Translations under genes and position numbers: made by a program
The notes under the pieces: model-generated
Seen by the model: the letters and a program-made list of their open reading frames with translations, nothing else
Told to the model about the DNA's origin: nothing
Database searches by the model: none
Shown: positions 1 to 9,892 of the stretch, piece after piece
Position numbering within the stretch: the stretch's first letter is position 1
How the letters are laid out: the number at the start of each line of letters is the position of its first letter
NCBI GenBank assembly: GCA_944383745.1
Contig: CALWQS010000002.1
Span: 2,194 to 66,193, forward strand
Direction of reading: 5' to 3'
DNA: 64,000 bases
From: an uncultured Mediterraneibacter sp.
Lineage (GTDB): Bacteria; Bacillota; Clostridia; Lachnospirales; Lachnospiraceae

Positions 1-42
1 TTTTTTTCCGACGCGCAGTGTAACGTTGTTTGCACTAATCAT
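1..42 (-). CDS. 5' end of a probable ABC-F family ATP-binding protein (runs off the window)
   Basis: Minus strand reads AAGGAG RBS (51-56), then ATG at 42 giving MISANNVTLRVGKK, a typical ABC-F N-terminus. Only 14 codons are visible. Confidence 0.6.
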   Translation of the reverse strand, partial: MISANNVTLRVGKK

Positions 43-288
43 TCTGTATTCTCCTTAAAATTGAATCATATTGAAAACGGATGCCCGCTCTGCGCAAAAG
101 AGACATGCACGGGACATCCGGGAGCACCAACGCCTATATTAACACGGCACGCCAGACATGGCAAGGTTTGGTTTGGAAAGTTTGTAAAGTTTCTAAAATC
201 GGTTTGCGAACAGGGAAAAACGTTATATAATACGAGTATCGGGTGCTGTGGGAGCACTCGGAAATCAGCGCAAAGAGAGGATGAGACC

Positions 289-1152
289 ATGGATATAAAA
301 AAGGCTACAATGGTGCTGGAGGGCGGCGCCACAAGAGGTGTATTTACATCCGGCGCCCTGGATCTGCTGATGGAAAAAGGGATTTATACATCTCATGTCA
401 TCGGCGTCTCGGCGGGGGCGTGCAATGCACTGAGCTATGTGTCAAAACAGCCGGGGAGGACCCGCGACTGCATGATCCCAAAGGATAAAAGCGGAAATTA
501 CTATTACGGGCTGCGGGATTTTGTGAAGGAAAAGAGTATCATGAACATGGATCTGATTTTCGATAAATTTCCGAATGAGCTGATCCCCTTTGATTTTGAT
601 ACGTATTTTAATTCTGAGACGGAGTGTGAGCTGGTCATAACAAACTGTCTGACGGGAAGAGCAGAATATATGACGGAGCGGAGCGAGAGAGAACGCCTCA
701 TGAAGATGTGCAGGGCATCCTGCAGCATGCCGCTGCTTACTCCCATTGTCAATATAGACGGCGTTCCCTATCTCGACGGCGGGCTTGCGGATTCGGTGCC
801 GGTCAGGAGGGCGCAGAAGCTCGGGAACGAGAAGATTATCGTGATCCTGACAAGGAATGCCGGATACCGGAAGAAGACGATTTCCAAAGGGCTCGAGAGG
901 ATCTATCGGAGAGCATACCGCTCTTATCCGAACCTGGTGAGGACGATCCTGCGCAGGAGCTTTGAATATAACAAGACGATGAACCAGCTGGATCAGATGG
1001 AGAAGCGCGGAGAGATCTTTATTCTGCGGCCGCATGTGAAGCCTGTGGCGCGTCTCGAGAAAAACAAAGAGACGCTCCTGGCGTTCTATGAGCACGGCTA
1101 CAGCCTGATGGAGCGCAGACTGGACGACCTGCTGGAGTATCTTGAGCGGTAG
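289..1152 (+). CDS. Patatin-like phospholipase
   Basis: LEGGATRG glycine loop, GVSAG nucleophile and DGG motifs. Start moved to ATG 289, after GAGG. Confidence 0.9.
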   Translation: MDIKKATMVLEGGATRGVFTSGALDLLMEKGIYTSHVIGVSAGACNALSYVSKQPGRTRDCMIPKDKSGNYYYGLRDFVKEKSIMNMDLIFDKFPNELIPFDFDTYFNSETECELVITNCLTGRAEYMTERSERERLMKMCRASCSMPLLTPIVNIDGVPYLDGGLADSVPVRRAQKLGNEKIIVILTRNAGYRKKTISKGLERIYRRAYRSYPNLVRTILRRSFEYNKTMNQLDQMEKRGEIFILRPHVKPVARLEKNKETLLAFYEHGYSLMERRLDDLLEYLER

Positions 1153-1166
1153 AAGAGGAGGGAAAG

Positions 1167-3284
1167 ATGACGGGAACGGAAGTTTTGGACTACACACAGA
1201 ACCGGGAGCTGTCATGGCTCAGATTTAATCAGCGTGTTCTGGAAGAAGCGCGGGACGAGTCAGTCCCCCTTATGGAGAGGATGAAATTCGTCGCCATCTT
1301 TACGAGCAATCTCGACGAGTTTTTCATGATCCGTGTGGGAAGCCTGTATGATATGACCGCCGCAGACGGAAAAAAGGCGGATATCAGGTCCGGTATGACT
1401 CCGAAGCAGCAGCTCGAAGCGATCTACCGGACAGTGGCCCCGCTCTATAAGGAAAGGGATAAGACATATTCGGAAATCAAAAAGCAGCTGAAGCCTTATG
1501 GAGTCTGCGGGCTGGACTTTAAGGAGCTTGAGCAGTCAGAGAAAAAGTATGTGAAGAAATATTTCAGGGAACAGGTTCTGCCGGTATTGTCTCCGCAGAT
1601 CGTGGACGCGAACCACCCGTTCCCACATCTGCTTAACAAAGAGATCTATGTGGTGGCAAACCTGAAGATGGGCGGAAAGACTATGCTGGGGATCGTGCCG
1701 GTGCCGCAGTACATTTCAGATATCCTTTATCTGCCCGGGCATGATATCCGCTATATCCGGATGGAAAAGGTCATTACAGAGTATCTTGAGATTGTATTTG
1801 ACCAGTATCAGGTGTCGGATAAAAACTATATCTGTGTGACGAGAAATGCGGATATCTCACCTGATGACGAAGCCTTTGATGACAATGAAGACTTCCGGAA
1901 TATCATGCAGGAGACGCTGCACAAGAGAAGGCGGATGGCGGTAGTGAGACTGGAGACTGCCAGCCCCCTTGGAAAAGAGATGGAAAAATACTTCTGCGAC
2001 AGGTTTAAGATCCAGCCGGAATGCATTTTCCGGACAAAGATGCCGATGAAGCTCGCTTACATGTTCGGCATTGCAGACAAACTGCCCGAGTCTATGAAGA
2101 GATCCCTGATCTACGAGCCCTTCACGCCGCAGCCTGCCGCCATGCTTGCGCCGGGCAGCGTGATGGAGCAGGTGAAGAGGAAGGATGTGCTCCTCTCGTA
2201 TCCGTATGAGAGCATGGAACCGTTCCTGCAGCTGATCAAAGAGGCTGCCTCAGACCCGGATGTCATGACGATCAAGATTACGATCTACCGGCTTGCGAAG
2301 AAAGCCCGCCTGGTGGAATACCTGTGCGCTGCGGCGGAGAACGGAAAAGAAGTGACCGTGCTGATCGAACTGCGGGCGAGATTCGACGAGCAGAACAACA
2401 TCGAATGGTCCGAGCGGATGGAAGAAGCAGGATGCCGCGTGCTTTACGGATTCGAGGGATATAAGGTCCACTCAAAGATCTGCCTCATTACATATAGAAG
2501 CAGGAACGAGATCAGGTATATCACGCAGATCGGCACTGGAAATTATAATGAGAAAACCGCAAAGATGTACACGGACTATTCCCTCATGACGTCCAGCCAG
2601 GAAATCGGCGAGGATGCGGCCGTGTTTTTCAAAAATATGTCTATCGGCAATCTGCAGGGAGAATACCGCTGCCTGATCGTATCGCCTTCGAGCCTGAAGC
2701 AGAAGGTCCTGGCGCTCATGGATGAGGAGATCAGAAAGGGAGAGAACGGCAGGATTTTGATGAAGATGAACTCTGTGACGGATATGGATTTTATCCGCAA
2801 GACCGCTGAGGCGTCCCAGGCAGGCGTGAAGATCGACCTGATCGTCCGCGGGATCTGCTGCATCCTTCCGGGGATACCGGGAAAGACGGAAAATCTCCGC
2901 GTGACCAGCATCGTAGGCAGGTTCCTGGAGCATCCGAGGGTATTTATCTTCGGCAGCGGGCAGGAGGCGAAGGTCTATATCGGATCTGCGGATATGATGA
3001 CACGCAACACAGAGAAGAGGGTAGAGGTCGCGTGCCCGATCTATGACGAGACGATCAGAAGACGGCTGAAACACTGCATGAAAGTGATGCTCTCAGATAA
3101 TCTGAAGGCGAGGGAGATGATGCCGGACGGAACCTACAGGAAGAAGGAATCCGGCGGAGAAATGTCAGACGCCCAGGCTGTATTCATGCAGGAAGCGCTC
3201 AATGCCCGAAGGCCCGCGGCGGAAAAGAGGGCGAAGGAAGGACTTCTGCAGAGAGTGCTCGGCCTGTTCCGGAGACAGCAGTAA
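1167..3284 (+). CDS. ppk1: Polyphosphate kinase 1
   Basis: NRELSWLRFNQRVL, SNLDEFFMIRV, ELRARFDE, KVHSK and GRFLEH motifs; 705 aa. Confidence 0.96.
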   Translation: MTGTEVLDYTQNRELSWLRFNQRVLEEARDESVPLMERMKFVAIFTSNLDEFFMIRVGSLYDMTAADGKKADIRSGMTPKQQLEAIYRTVAPLYKERDKTYSEIKKQLKPYGVCGLDFKELEQSEKKYVKKYFREQVLPVLSPQIVDANHPFPHLLNKEIYVVANLKMGGKTMLGIVPVPQYISDILYLPGHDIRYIRMEKVITEYLEIVFDQYQVSDKNYICVTRNADISPDDEAFDDNEDFRNIMQETLHKRRRMAVVRLETASPLGKEMEKYFCDRFKIQPECIFRTKMPMKLAYMFGIADKLPESMKRSLIYEPFTPQPAAMLAPGSVMEQVKRKDVLLSYPYESMEPFLQLIKEAASDPDVMTIKITIYRLAKKARLVEYLCAAAENGKEVTVLIELRARFDEQNNIEWSERMEEAGCRVLYGFEGYKVHSKICLITYRSRNEIRYITQIGTGNYNEKTAKMYTDYSLMTSSQEIGEDAAVFFKNMSIGNLQGEYRCLIVSPSSLKQKVLALMDEEIRKGENGRILMKMNSVTDMDFIRKTAEASQAGVKIDLIVRGICCILPGIPGKTENLRVTSIVGRFLEHPRVFIFGSGQEAKVYIGSADMMTRNTEKRVEVACPIYDETIRRRLKHCMKVMLSDNLKAREMMPDGTYRKKESGGEMSDAQAVFMQEALNARRPAAEKRAKEGLLQRVLGLFRRQQ

Positions 3285-3313
3285 AAAATAGTGAGAAAAA
3301 TCAGGAGGAGACA

Positions 3314-4363
3314 ATGGATAAACTTACAGTAAAACAGTTTGGAACGACAGAAAACGGCAGAAAGGCCCGGCTGTACACGATGAAAAACGACGCAGGGACA
3401 ACGGTGTCTGTGACGGATTACGGCGCGGCCCTGGTCAATGTGATAGTGAAAGGACAGGACGGAATCCCTTTGGATGTCGTGCTCGGCTATGACGATGCCG
3501 CAGGCTATGAGAGAGGCGGAGCATCGATCGGTGCTACAGTAGGAAGAAGCGCCAACAGGATCGGCGGCGCGCAGATCGAGATCGGCGGGAAAACCTACAG
3601 CCTGGAGAAAAACGACAACGGGAACAATCTCCACAGCGGACCTGACTATTACAACAAGCGCCTGTGGGAAGTGGCGGAAAACGGTGATGATCATGTGACA
3701 TTCCTTCTTCACAGCCCGGACGGCGACCAGGGATATCCCGGAGCTCTGGATATGTATGTGACATACAGCCTGGATGAGGACAATATGCTTACGATCCACT
3801 ATGAGGCTGCGCCGGATCAGGACACGGTCATCAATATGACAAACCACAGCTATTTCAACCTGAACGGGCATGACAGCGGAAGTGTGCTGGATCATACGGT
3901 TATGCTGGCAGCTGACGCGTTTACCCCCGCCGATGAAGAGTCCATTCCGACCGGCGAGATCCGCCCGGTTGAAGGCACTCCTATGGATTTCAGGACGGCG
4001 AAGAAGCTGGGGGAGGAGATCGGCGCTGACTATGAGCCGCTGCGCTTCGGAGGCGGTTACGACCACAACTGGGTATTGAAAAATGAAAACGGATTTGATA
4101 AAGTAGCAGAAGTGACGGCTGACAGGAGCGGAATCCGGATGGAAGTCTGGACGGATCTGCCGGGCGTACAGATGTACACGGCAAATTTCCTTGACAATGA
4201 GCCGGGAAAAGACGGGGCGGTCTACGAAAGCCGCAGCGCGGTCTGCCTGGAGACACAGTATTATCCGGACGCCATTCACCACGACAATTTCCCGGGGCCC
4301 GTCTGCCGCAGAGGTGAGAAGTACGACACCCGGACGGCTTACCGCTTTGTGCCGTGCAAGTAA
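3314..4363 (+). CDS. galM: Aldose 1-epimerase (galactose mutarotase)
   Basis: GRSANRI, LHSG, NMTNHSYFNL, GYDHN and CLETQ motifs. Confidence 0.94.
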   Translation: MDKLTVKQFGTTENGRKARLYTMKNDAGTTVSVTDYGAALVNVIVKGQDGIPLDVVLGYDDAAGYERGGASIGATVGRSANRIGGAQIEIGGKTYSLEKNDNGNNLHSGPDYYNKRLWEVAENGDDHVTFLLHSPDGDQGYPGALDMYVTYSLDEDNMLTIHYEAAPDQDTVINMTNHSYFNLNGHDSGSVLDHTVMLAADAFTPADEESIPTGEIRPVEGTPMDFRTAKKLGEEIGADYEPLRFGGGYDHNWVLKNENGFDKVAEVTADRSGIRMEVWTDLPGVQMYTANFLDNEPGKDGAVYESRSAVCLETQYYPDAIHHDNFPGPVCRRGEKYDTRTAYRFVPCK

Positions 4364-4393
4364 AGCAGGAACAGGACAGACAGTAACGACTTT

Positions 4394-6484
4394 ATGGGAA
4401 AATCATTATATATCGCAGAGAAGCCCAGTGTGGCGCAGGAATTTGCGAAAGCTTTAAAACTGAATACAAAGAGACGGGACGGTTATCTGGAGGCGGAAGA
4501 GGCGGTCGTGACATGGTGCGTCGGCCATCTTGTCACGATGAGTTATCCGGAGGAATATGATCCGGCGCTGAAGCGCTGGAGCCTGGATACCCTTCCCTTT
4601 ATTCCTTCCGAGTTTAAATACGAGATCATCCCCGGCGTGGCGAAGCAGTTCCAGATCGTCAGCGGGCTGCTCAACCGGGATGACGTGGACACGATCTATG
4701 TGTGCACGGACTCGGGGCGGGAGGGGGAATATATTTACCGCCTTGTAGAGCAGGAGGCGCATGTCAGAGGGAAAAAACGGCGGAGAGTATGGATTGACTC
4801 GCAGACAGAGGAAGAGATCCTGAGAGGAATCAGGGAGGCGAAGGATCTGTCTGAATATGACAATCTGAGCGCGTCCGCATATCTGAGGGCAAAGGAAGAC
4901 TACCTGATGGGGATCAACTTTTCCCGCCTGCTCACGCTGAAGTACGGGAACAGTATTTCCTCCTATCTGCACACGAAATACGCCGTGATTTCGGTGGGCA
5001 GGGTGATGACCTGCGTGCTGGGCATGGTCGTGCGGAGGGAGCGGGAGATCCGCAGCTTTGTCAAGACTCCGTTTTACCGTGTGGTGAGCGCCATAGACGC
5101 GTCAGGCCATGCATTTGAGGGCGAATGGCGTGCGGTGCAGGGGTCAAAGTATTTTGAATCCTTTGACCTGTACAAGGAAAATGGCTTCAAGGAGAGAGAA
5201 AAAGCGGAGGAGCTGATCCGTTATCTGAGCGAGGAATCTCCGATACTGTGCGAGATCCGCTCTATCGAGAAAAAGAAGGAGAAGAAGAACCCGCCGCTTT
5301 TGTATAATCTGGCAGAGCTTCAGAATGACTGCTCCAAGCGGTTTAAGATCAGCCCGGACGAGACGCTGCGGATCGTACAGGAACTGTATGAGAAGAAGCT
5401 GGTGACCTATCCGAGGACAGACGCGAGAGTGCTCTCCACTGCGGTGGCGAAGGAGATCACACGCAATCTGAACGGGCTGTCAAAATACCCGATGGCCGCG
5501 CCGTACCTGCAGGATATTCTCGGCTTCGGCAGCTATAAGAACCTGGCGAAGACACGATATGTGAATGACAAACAGATCACGGATCACTATGCGATCATTC
5601 CTACCGGACAGGGGCTGGGGGCGCTGAAGTCTGTCTCCGCCGTATCACAGAACGTGTACGACCTGATCGTCAGAAGATTCTTGAGTATCTTCTATCCTCC
5701 GGCAGTATACCAGAAAGTATCGATCACTACGCAGATCAGGGGTGAGAGCTTCTTTTCCGGATTTAAGGTGCTGGCGGAAGAGGGATACCTGAAAGCAGCT
5801 GGAATCCCGCAGCAGAGAAAAAAAACGGGGAACGGCCCGCATGATGAGGCGCAGCCGGCGCCGGAAACTGCCGGGGATCAGGATGCAGATGGGGAAGAGC
5901 AGAACCCGGATGCAGATCTTTTTGAGGTGATTCGGAGCCTGAAGAAAGGAATGGCTCTTCCGGTGAAGGCGCTTGAGATCAAGGAAGGAGAGACCTCTCC
6001 GCCGAAGCGCTATAATTCCGGCTCCATGATCCTCGCCATGGAAAATGCAGGGCAGCTTATAGAGGATGAAGAGCTCCGCGCGCAGATCAAGGGCAGCGGG
6101 ATCGGTACCAGCGCGACGCGGGCAGAGATCCTGAAGAAGCTGATCAACATTAAGTATCTGGCTCTGAATAAGAAGACCCAGATCATCACCCCGACACTGC
6201 AGGGCGAGATGGTATTTGACGTAGTGGAGCATTCCATCCGCTCTCTCCTCAATCCCGAGCTCACCGCGAGCTGGGAGAAGGGCCTCACTTATGTGGCTGA
6301 GGGAAGCATCACTCCGGATGAATACATGGCGAAGCTGGATCATTTTATTACCAGCCGGACCGTCGGCGTCAAAGGGCTCAACAATCAGTATCAGCTGAGG
6401 TCCTGCTATGACAGGGCCGCAGAGTTTTATAAAAAAGGCAGCGGGAAAACTTCCTCTGCCGGAAGAGCAAAGAAGGAAAAGTAA
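4394..6484 (+). CDS. topB: Type IA DNA topoisomerase (topoisomerase III-like)
   Basis: IAEKPSVA, TDSGREGE, SVGRV, TYPRTD (catalytic Tyr) and GIGTSATR motifs. Confidence 0.88.
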   Translation: MGKSLYIAEKPSVAQEFAKALKLNTKRRDGYLEAEEAVVTWCVGHLVTMSYPEEYDPALKRWSLDTLPFIPSEFKYEIIPGVAKQFQIVSGLLNRDDVDTIYVCTDSGREGEYIYRLVEQEAHVRGKKRRRVWIDSQTEEEILRGIREAKDLSEYDNLSASAYLRAKEDYLMGINFSRLLTLKYGNSISSYLHTKYAVISVGRVMTCVLGMVVRREREIRSFVKTPFYRVVSAIDASGHAFEGEWRAVQGSKYFESFDLYKENGFKEREKAEELIRYLSEESPILCEIRSIEKKKEKKNPPLLYNLAELQNDCSKRFKISPDETLRIVQELYEKKLVTYPRTDARVLSTAVAKEITRNLNGLSKYPMAAPYLQDILGFGSYKNLAKTRYVNDKQITDHYAIIPTGQGLGALKSVSAVSQNVYDLIVRRFLSIFYPPAVYQKVSITTQIRGESFFSGFKVLAEEGYLKAAGIPQQRKKTGNGPHDEAQPAPETAGDQDADGEEQNPDADLFEVIRSLKKGMALPVKALEIKEGETSPPKRYNSGSMILAMENAGQLIEDEELRAQIKGSGIGTSATRAEILKKLINIKYLALNKKTQIITPTLQGEMVFDVVEHSIRSLLNPELTASWEKGLTYVAEGSITPDEYMAKLDHFITSRTVGVKGLNNQYQLRSCYDRAAEFYKKGSGKTSSAGRAKKEK

Positions 6485-6520
6485 AAGATTGCCGGAAAAC
6501 GGCGGAAAAGGAGAAGAAAG

Positions 6521-7192
6521 ATGGAAGCATTGACAGTAAAGGAACTTTATACACTGGACCAGACGATTGCGAAGGACATTTTTGAAGGTGTGACCTATCC
6601 GTGGGAAGTCCTTCCCAAGATCAGCAGCTTTATCCTGAAGCTGGGAGAGACGCTCAGCAGCGAAGAGTATGAGAAGCGCGGCGAGAACATCTGGATCGCG
6701 AAGTCGGCAAAGGTTGCCCCGACGGCATTTATCAACGGGCCGGCGATCATCGGGAAAAATGCGGAAGTGCGCCATTGTGCTTTTATCCGCGGCAACGCTA
6801 TCGTCGGTGAAGGAGCAGTCGTAGGAAACTCTACAGAGCTCAAGAATGTGATCCTGTTCAATAAGGTCCAGGTTCCCCACTACAATTATGTGGGAGACTC
6901 TGTCCTGGGCTATAAGTCGCATATGGGAGCAGGTTCCATCACATCAAATGTAAAATCAGACAAAAAGCTTGTCGTTGTGAAGACGCCGGAGGGGAATATC
7001 GAGACTGGAATGAAGAAGTTCGGAGCTATGCTCGGCGATGAAGTGGAAGTGGGATGCGGAAGTGTCCTGAATCCTGGTACTGTTGTGGGAAGCTGCAGCA
7101 ATATCTATCCGCTGTCTTCCGTCCGCGGATTTGTCCCGGGACACAGCATTTACAAAAAGCAGGGAGAAGTCGTGGAGAAGATAGAAGACTGA
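6521..7192 (+). CDS. Hexapeptide-repeat (left-handed beta-helix) acetyltransferase resembling the GlmU C-terminal domain
   Basis: PHYNYVGDSVLG, GAGSITSN and KFGAMLGD motifs; no nucleotidyltransferase N-domain. Confidence 0.8.
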   Translation: MEALTVKELYTLDQTIAKDIFEGVTYPWEVLPKISSFILKLGETLSSEEYEKRGENIWIAKSAKVAPTAFINGPAIIGKNAEVRHCAFIRGNAIVGEGAVVGNSTELKNVILFNKVQVPHYNYVGDSVLGYKSHMGAGSITSNVKSDKKLVVVKTPEGNIETGMKKFGAMLGDEVEVGCGSVLNPGTVVGSCSNIYPLSSVRGFVPGHSIYKKQGEVVEKIED

Positions 7193-7403
7193 GAGCTTTG
7201 ATTGTTTTCCGGCAGAGGATGTCCAGCAGGGGATTTCCGGTGGGGGAAATCTGTTTTTATCTTTGCAATCCTGCCGGTTTATAGTATCATAGTTAGTGTA
7301 GCAATAGGAATTTCCTGCATCCATCCGCCTTATGGGGGTGGAGCAGACTGTTTTGCAGCGGGCGGCAGGTCAGTCCGCTGTGATGCTGACAGGAGGCTGA
7401 GAC

Positions 7404-7880
7404 ATGCTCAATGACAATTACGTAACAATGGAAATTGAAAAGGCAAAACACATTGCGCTGGTGGCGCATGACGGAAAGAAAAGAGAACTGGTCGACTGGT
7501 GTGACCGGAATAAGGACGTGCTGAAAAGCCATTTCCTCTGCGGTACGGGAACGACAGCCCGCCTGATCGCAGAGCGGACGGGGCTTCCGGTTAAAGGGTA
7601 CTGCAGCGGCCCGCTGGGCGGAGACCAGCAGATCGGAGCCAAGATTGTGGAGGGGCAGATCGACTTTATGATCTTCCTGTGGGATCCGCTGGAAGCGCAG
7701 CCTCACGATCCTGATGTGAAGGCGCTTCTCCGCATCGCGGTAGTCTATGATATCCCGATCGCCAACAATCTCGCGACGGCAGATTTTATGCTCAATTCCA
7801 AATATATGAATGAGCCGTACAGCAGAAAGATCGAGAATTTTAATAAGACGATCCAGGAGAGAGTGAATCAGATGAAATAG
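7404..7880 (+). CDS. mgsA: Methylglyoxal synthase
   Basis: IALVAHD, TGTT, SGPLGGDQQ, PHDPDV and NLATAD motifs. Confidence 0.96.
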   Translation: MLNDNYVTMEIEKAKHIALVAHDGKKRELVDWCDRNKDVLKSHFLCGTGTTARLIAERTGLPVKGYCSGPLGGDQQIGAKIVEGQIDFMIFLWDPLEAQPHDPDVKALLRIAVVYDIPIANNLATADFMLNSKYMNEPYSRKIENFNKTIQERVNQMK

Positions 7881-7894
7881 TAATATATTTTATG

Positions 7895-7968
7895 TTGACA
7901 CGGGCGCTGTGCCCGTGTTATTCTATGAAAAGCTACTTTAGTGCTTTAAAGCGCAACGCTTTAAAGCA
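7895..7968 (+). promoter_or_regulatory. Sigma-A promoter plus palindromic operator-like repeat upstream of the symporter
   Basis: TTGACA 7895-7900, TG-n-TATTCT 7916-7924, then TGCTTTAAAGCG-CAA-CGCTTTAAAGCA 7942-7968. Confidence 0.6.
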
Positions 7969-7999
7969 GATGAGCAAAGCCGAAAGGAAGGAAAACAGG

Positions 8000-9526
8000 A
8001 TGGGGATTAAAATCGTATTGCTTATTGTATTTTTTGCCGTAATGGTGGGGGTTGGGATCTACTCAAGGCGGCATGCCACCAGTGTGGATGGATTCGTGCT
8101 GGGAGGCAGGTCTGTAGGACCGTGGTTTACTGCGTTTGCCTACGGCACGTCTTATTTTTCAGCGGTTGTTTTTGTCGGATACGCAGGGCAGTTCGGGTGG
8201 AAATACGGAATCGCCAGCACGTGGATCGGCGTGGGAAACGCAGTGATCGGAAGTCTCCTTGCATGGGTTGTGCTGGGAAGGCGGACAAAAGTCATGACGC
8301 AGCATCTCGGCTCCAGGACTATGCCGGATTTCTTTGGAGAGCGCTACGACAGCAAGGCGCTTAAGATCATGGCTTCCGTGATCGTATTCATCTTCCTCAT
8401 ACCGTACACGGCTTCTGTCTATAACGGACTTTCCCGTCTGTTTGAGATGGCGTTTCATATCCCGTATACATGGTGTGTCGTCGCTATGGCGCTCTTTACC
8501 GCAGTATACGTGATTTTAGGAGGATATATGGCGACAGCTATCAATGACTTTATCCAGGGCATTATTATGCTTGTCGGGATCGTAGTTGTGATCGCCGCTG
8601 TCCTGAGCGGGCAGGGAGGATTTATGAATGCGATTGCAGAGATGGCGCAGATTCCCAGCGATGTGGCTGTTACAGCTGGGCAGCCGGGGGCTTTTACCTC
8701 TTTCTTCGGTCCCGATCCGGCAAATCTGCTTGGCGTTGTGATCCTGACCTCCCTCGGTACCTGGGGGCTTCCGCAGATGATCGGGAAATTTTATGCCATC
8801 AAGGATGAGAAATCGATCAACACGGGAACTGTCATTTCTACGGTTTTCGCCATTGTCGTGTCGGGCGGATGCTATTTTCTCGGCGGATTTGCCAGATTGT
8901 TCGATTCTCCGGCAATCTACAATGAAGCGACAGGAGACATCGTGTATGACAGCATTATTCCGTATATGCTGTCCGCCCTGCCGGATATTCTGATCGGAAT
9001 TGTAGTCGTCCTTGTGCTCTCGGCATCTATGTCCACGCTGTCCTCTCTTGTGCTGACATCCAGTTCCACTCTGACGCTGGATCTGCTCAAGGATAATGTG
9101 ATTAAGAACATGAGCGAGAAAAAGCAGATTATTACAATGCAGCTCCTGATCGTGTTTTTTATCGTTGTATCGGTCGTGATTGCGCTTGACCCGCCGACCT
9201 TTATCGCTCAGCTCATGGGAATCTCCTGGGGAGCGCTGGCGGGCGCATTTCTCGCTCCGTTCCTGTACGGCCTTTACTGGAAGGGCGTTACAAAAGCCGG
9301 CGTATGGGCTGGATTCATCGCCGGTATCGGTATCACTGTATCAAACATGTTTATCGGCTACATCGAATCTTCGATCAATGCAGGCGCTGTGGCCATGGTT
9401 GCCGGCCTGATTGTAGTGCCTGTTGTCAGCTTTATCACACCGAGGATGAAGCGGGAGACGGTAGACGAAATATTTACCTGTTACGATGAGAAGGTAACTA
9501 TCACGAAGAAGCGCTCTCTGCAGTGA
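8000..9526 (+). CDS. Sodium:solute symporter (SSS family)
   Basis: FVLGGR, SAVVFVGYAG, LPQM and SASMST motifs with many hydrophobic helices. Start at ATG 8000 after AAGGAAGG. Confidence 0.9.
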   Translation: MGIKIVLLIVFFAVMVGVGIYSRRHATSVDGFVLGGRSVGPWFTAFAYGTSYFSAVVFVGYAGQFGWKYGIASTWIGVGNAVIGSLLAWVVLGRRTKVMTQHLGSRTMPDFFGERYDSKALKIMASVIVFIFLIPYTASVYNGLSRLFEMAFHIPYTWCVVAMALFTAVYVILGGYMATAINDFIQGIIMLVGIVVVIAAVLSGQGGFMNAIAEMAQIPSDVAVTAGQPGAFTSFFGPDPANLLGVVILTSLGTWGLPQMIGKFYAIKDEKSINTGTVISTVFAIVVSGGCYFLGGFARLFDSPAIYNEATGDIVYDSIIPYMLSALPDILIGIVVVLVLSASMSTLSSLVLTSSSTLTLDLLKDNVIKNMSEKKQIITMQLLIVFFIVVSVVIALDPPTFIAQLMGISWGALAGAFLAPFLYGLYWKGVTKAGVWAGFIAGIGITVSNMFIGYIESSINAGAVAMVAGLIVVPVVSFITPRMKRETVDEIFTCYDEKVTITKKRSLQ

Positions 9527-9527
9527 A

Positions 9528-9892
9528 AATTCGGGTTTGGCGGCGGAAACTTCTGATTGGAGCAACGTCCGAAACCGGCAGGGCGGAGATGAGAGTCGAA
9601 GACGTATTCTGAGAGGAGGGGCAGAGGCTCCGGGCTCCGTTCCGAAGGGTAAGAAAAGCTAAAAGCTTCGAAGGATGGCTAAGAGCAATCCGAAAAACAA
9701 TACAACTCGCTGACGCTCAAACAGTATTGTTTTTCGGATTAACGCCATCCTCCGGAGCTTTAAGTTTTTCTAAACCCTTCTCCAAAGTCGCCAGGATCCC
9801 CCGCCCCTCATCTCAGAAAGACAGCCGAATCCCGCCCTGCCGGTTTCTGCGCTCACCAACCCGGAAGTTTACGCGGCAATCCCTGGAATTTA
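9528..9892. repeat. Long (~365 nt) imperfect inverted repeat / fold-back element
   Basis: Perfect arms 9571-9586/9832-9847 and 9687-9703/9724-9740 around the 20-nt loop AACTCGCTGACGCTCAAACA, plus further imperfect pairing. Confidence 0.85.

Noticed and set aside
61-288. N-terminal extension of the patatin ORF
   Set aside because: It covers the divergent promoter region (TTGCGA/TATAAT at about 204-231); the RBS-supported start is 289.
5810-5920. Acidic low-complexity insert in topB as a possible intein or extra domain
   Set aside because: Short, with no intein motifs; consistent with a variable loop.
5645-6922. 425-aa antisense ORF, and many similar long minus-strand ORFs
   Set aside because: Shadow frames of well-supported genes in GC-rich codon usage, with no motifs or RBS.
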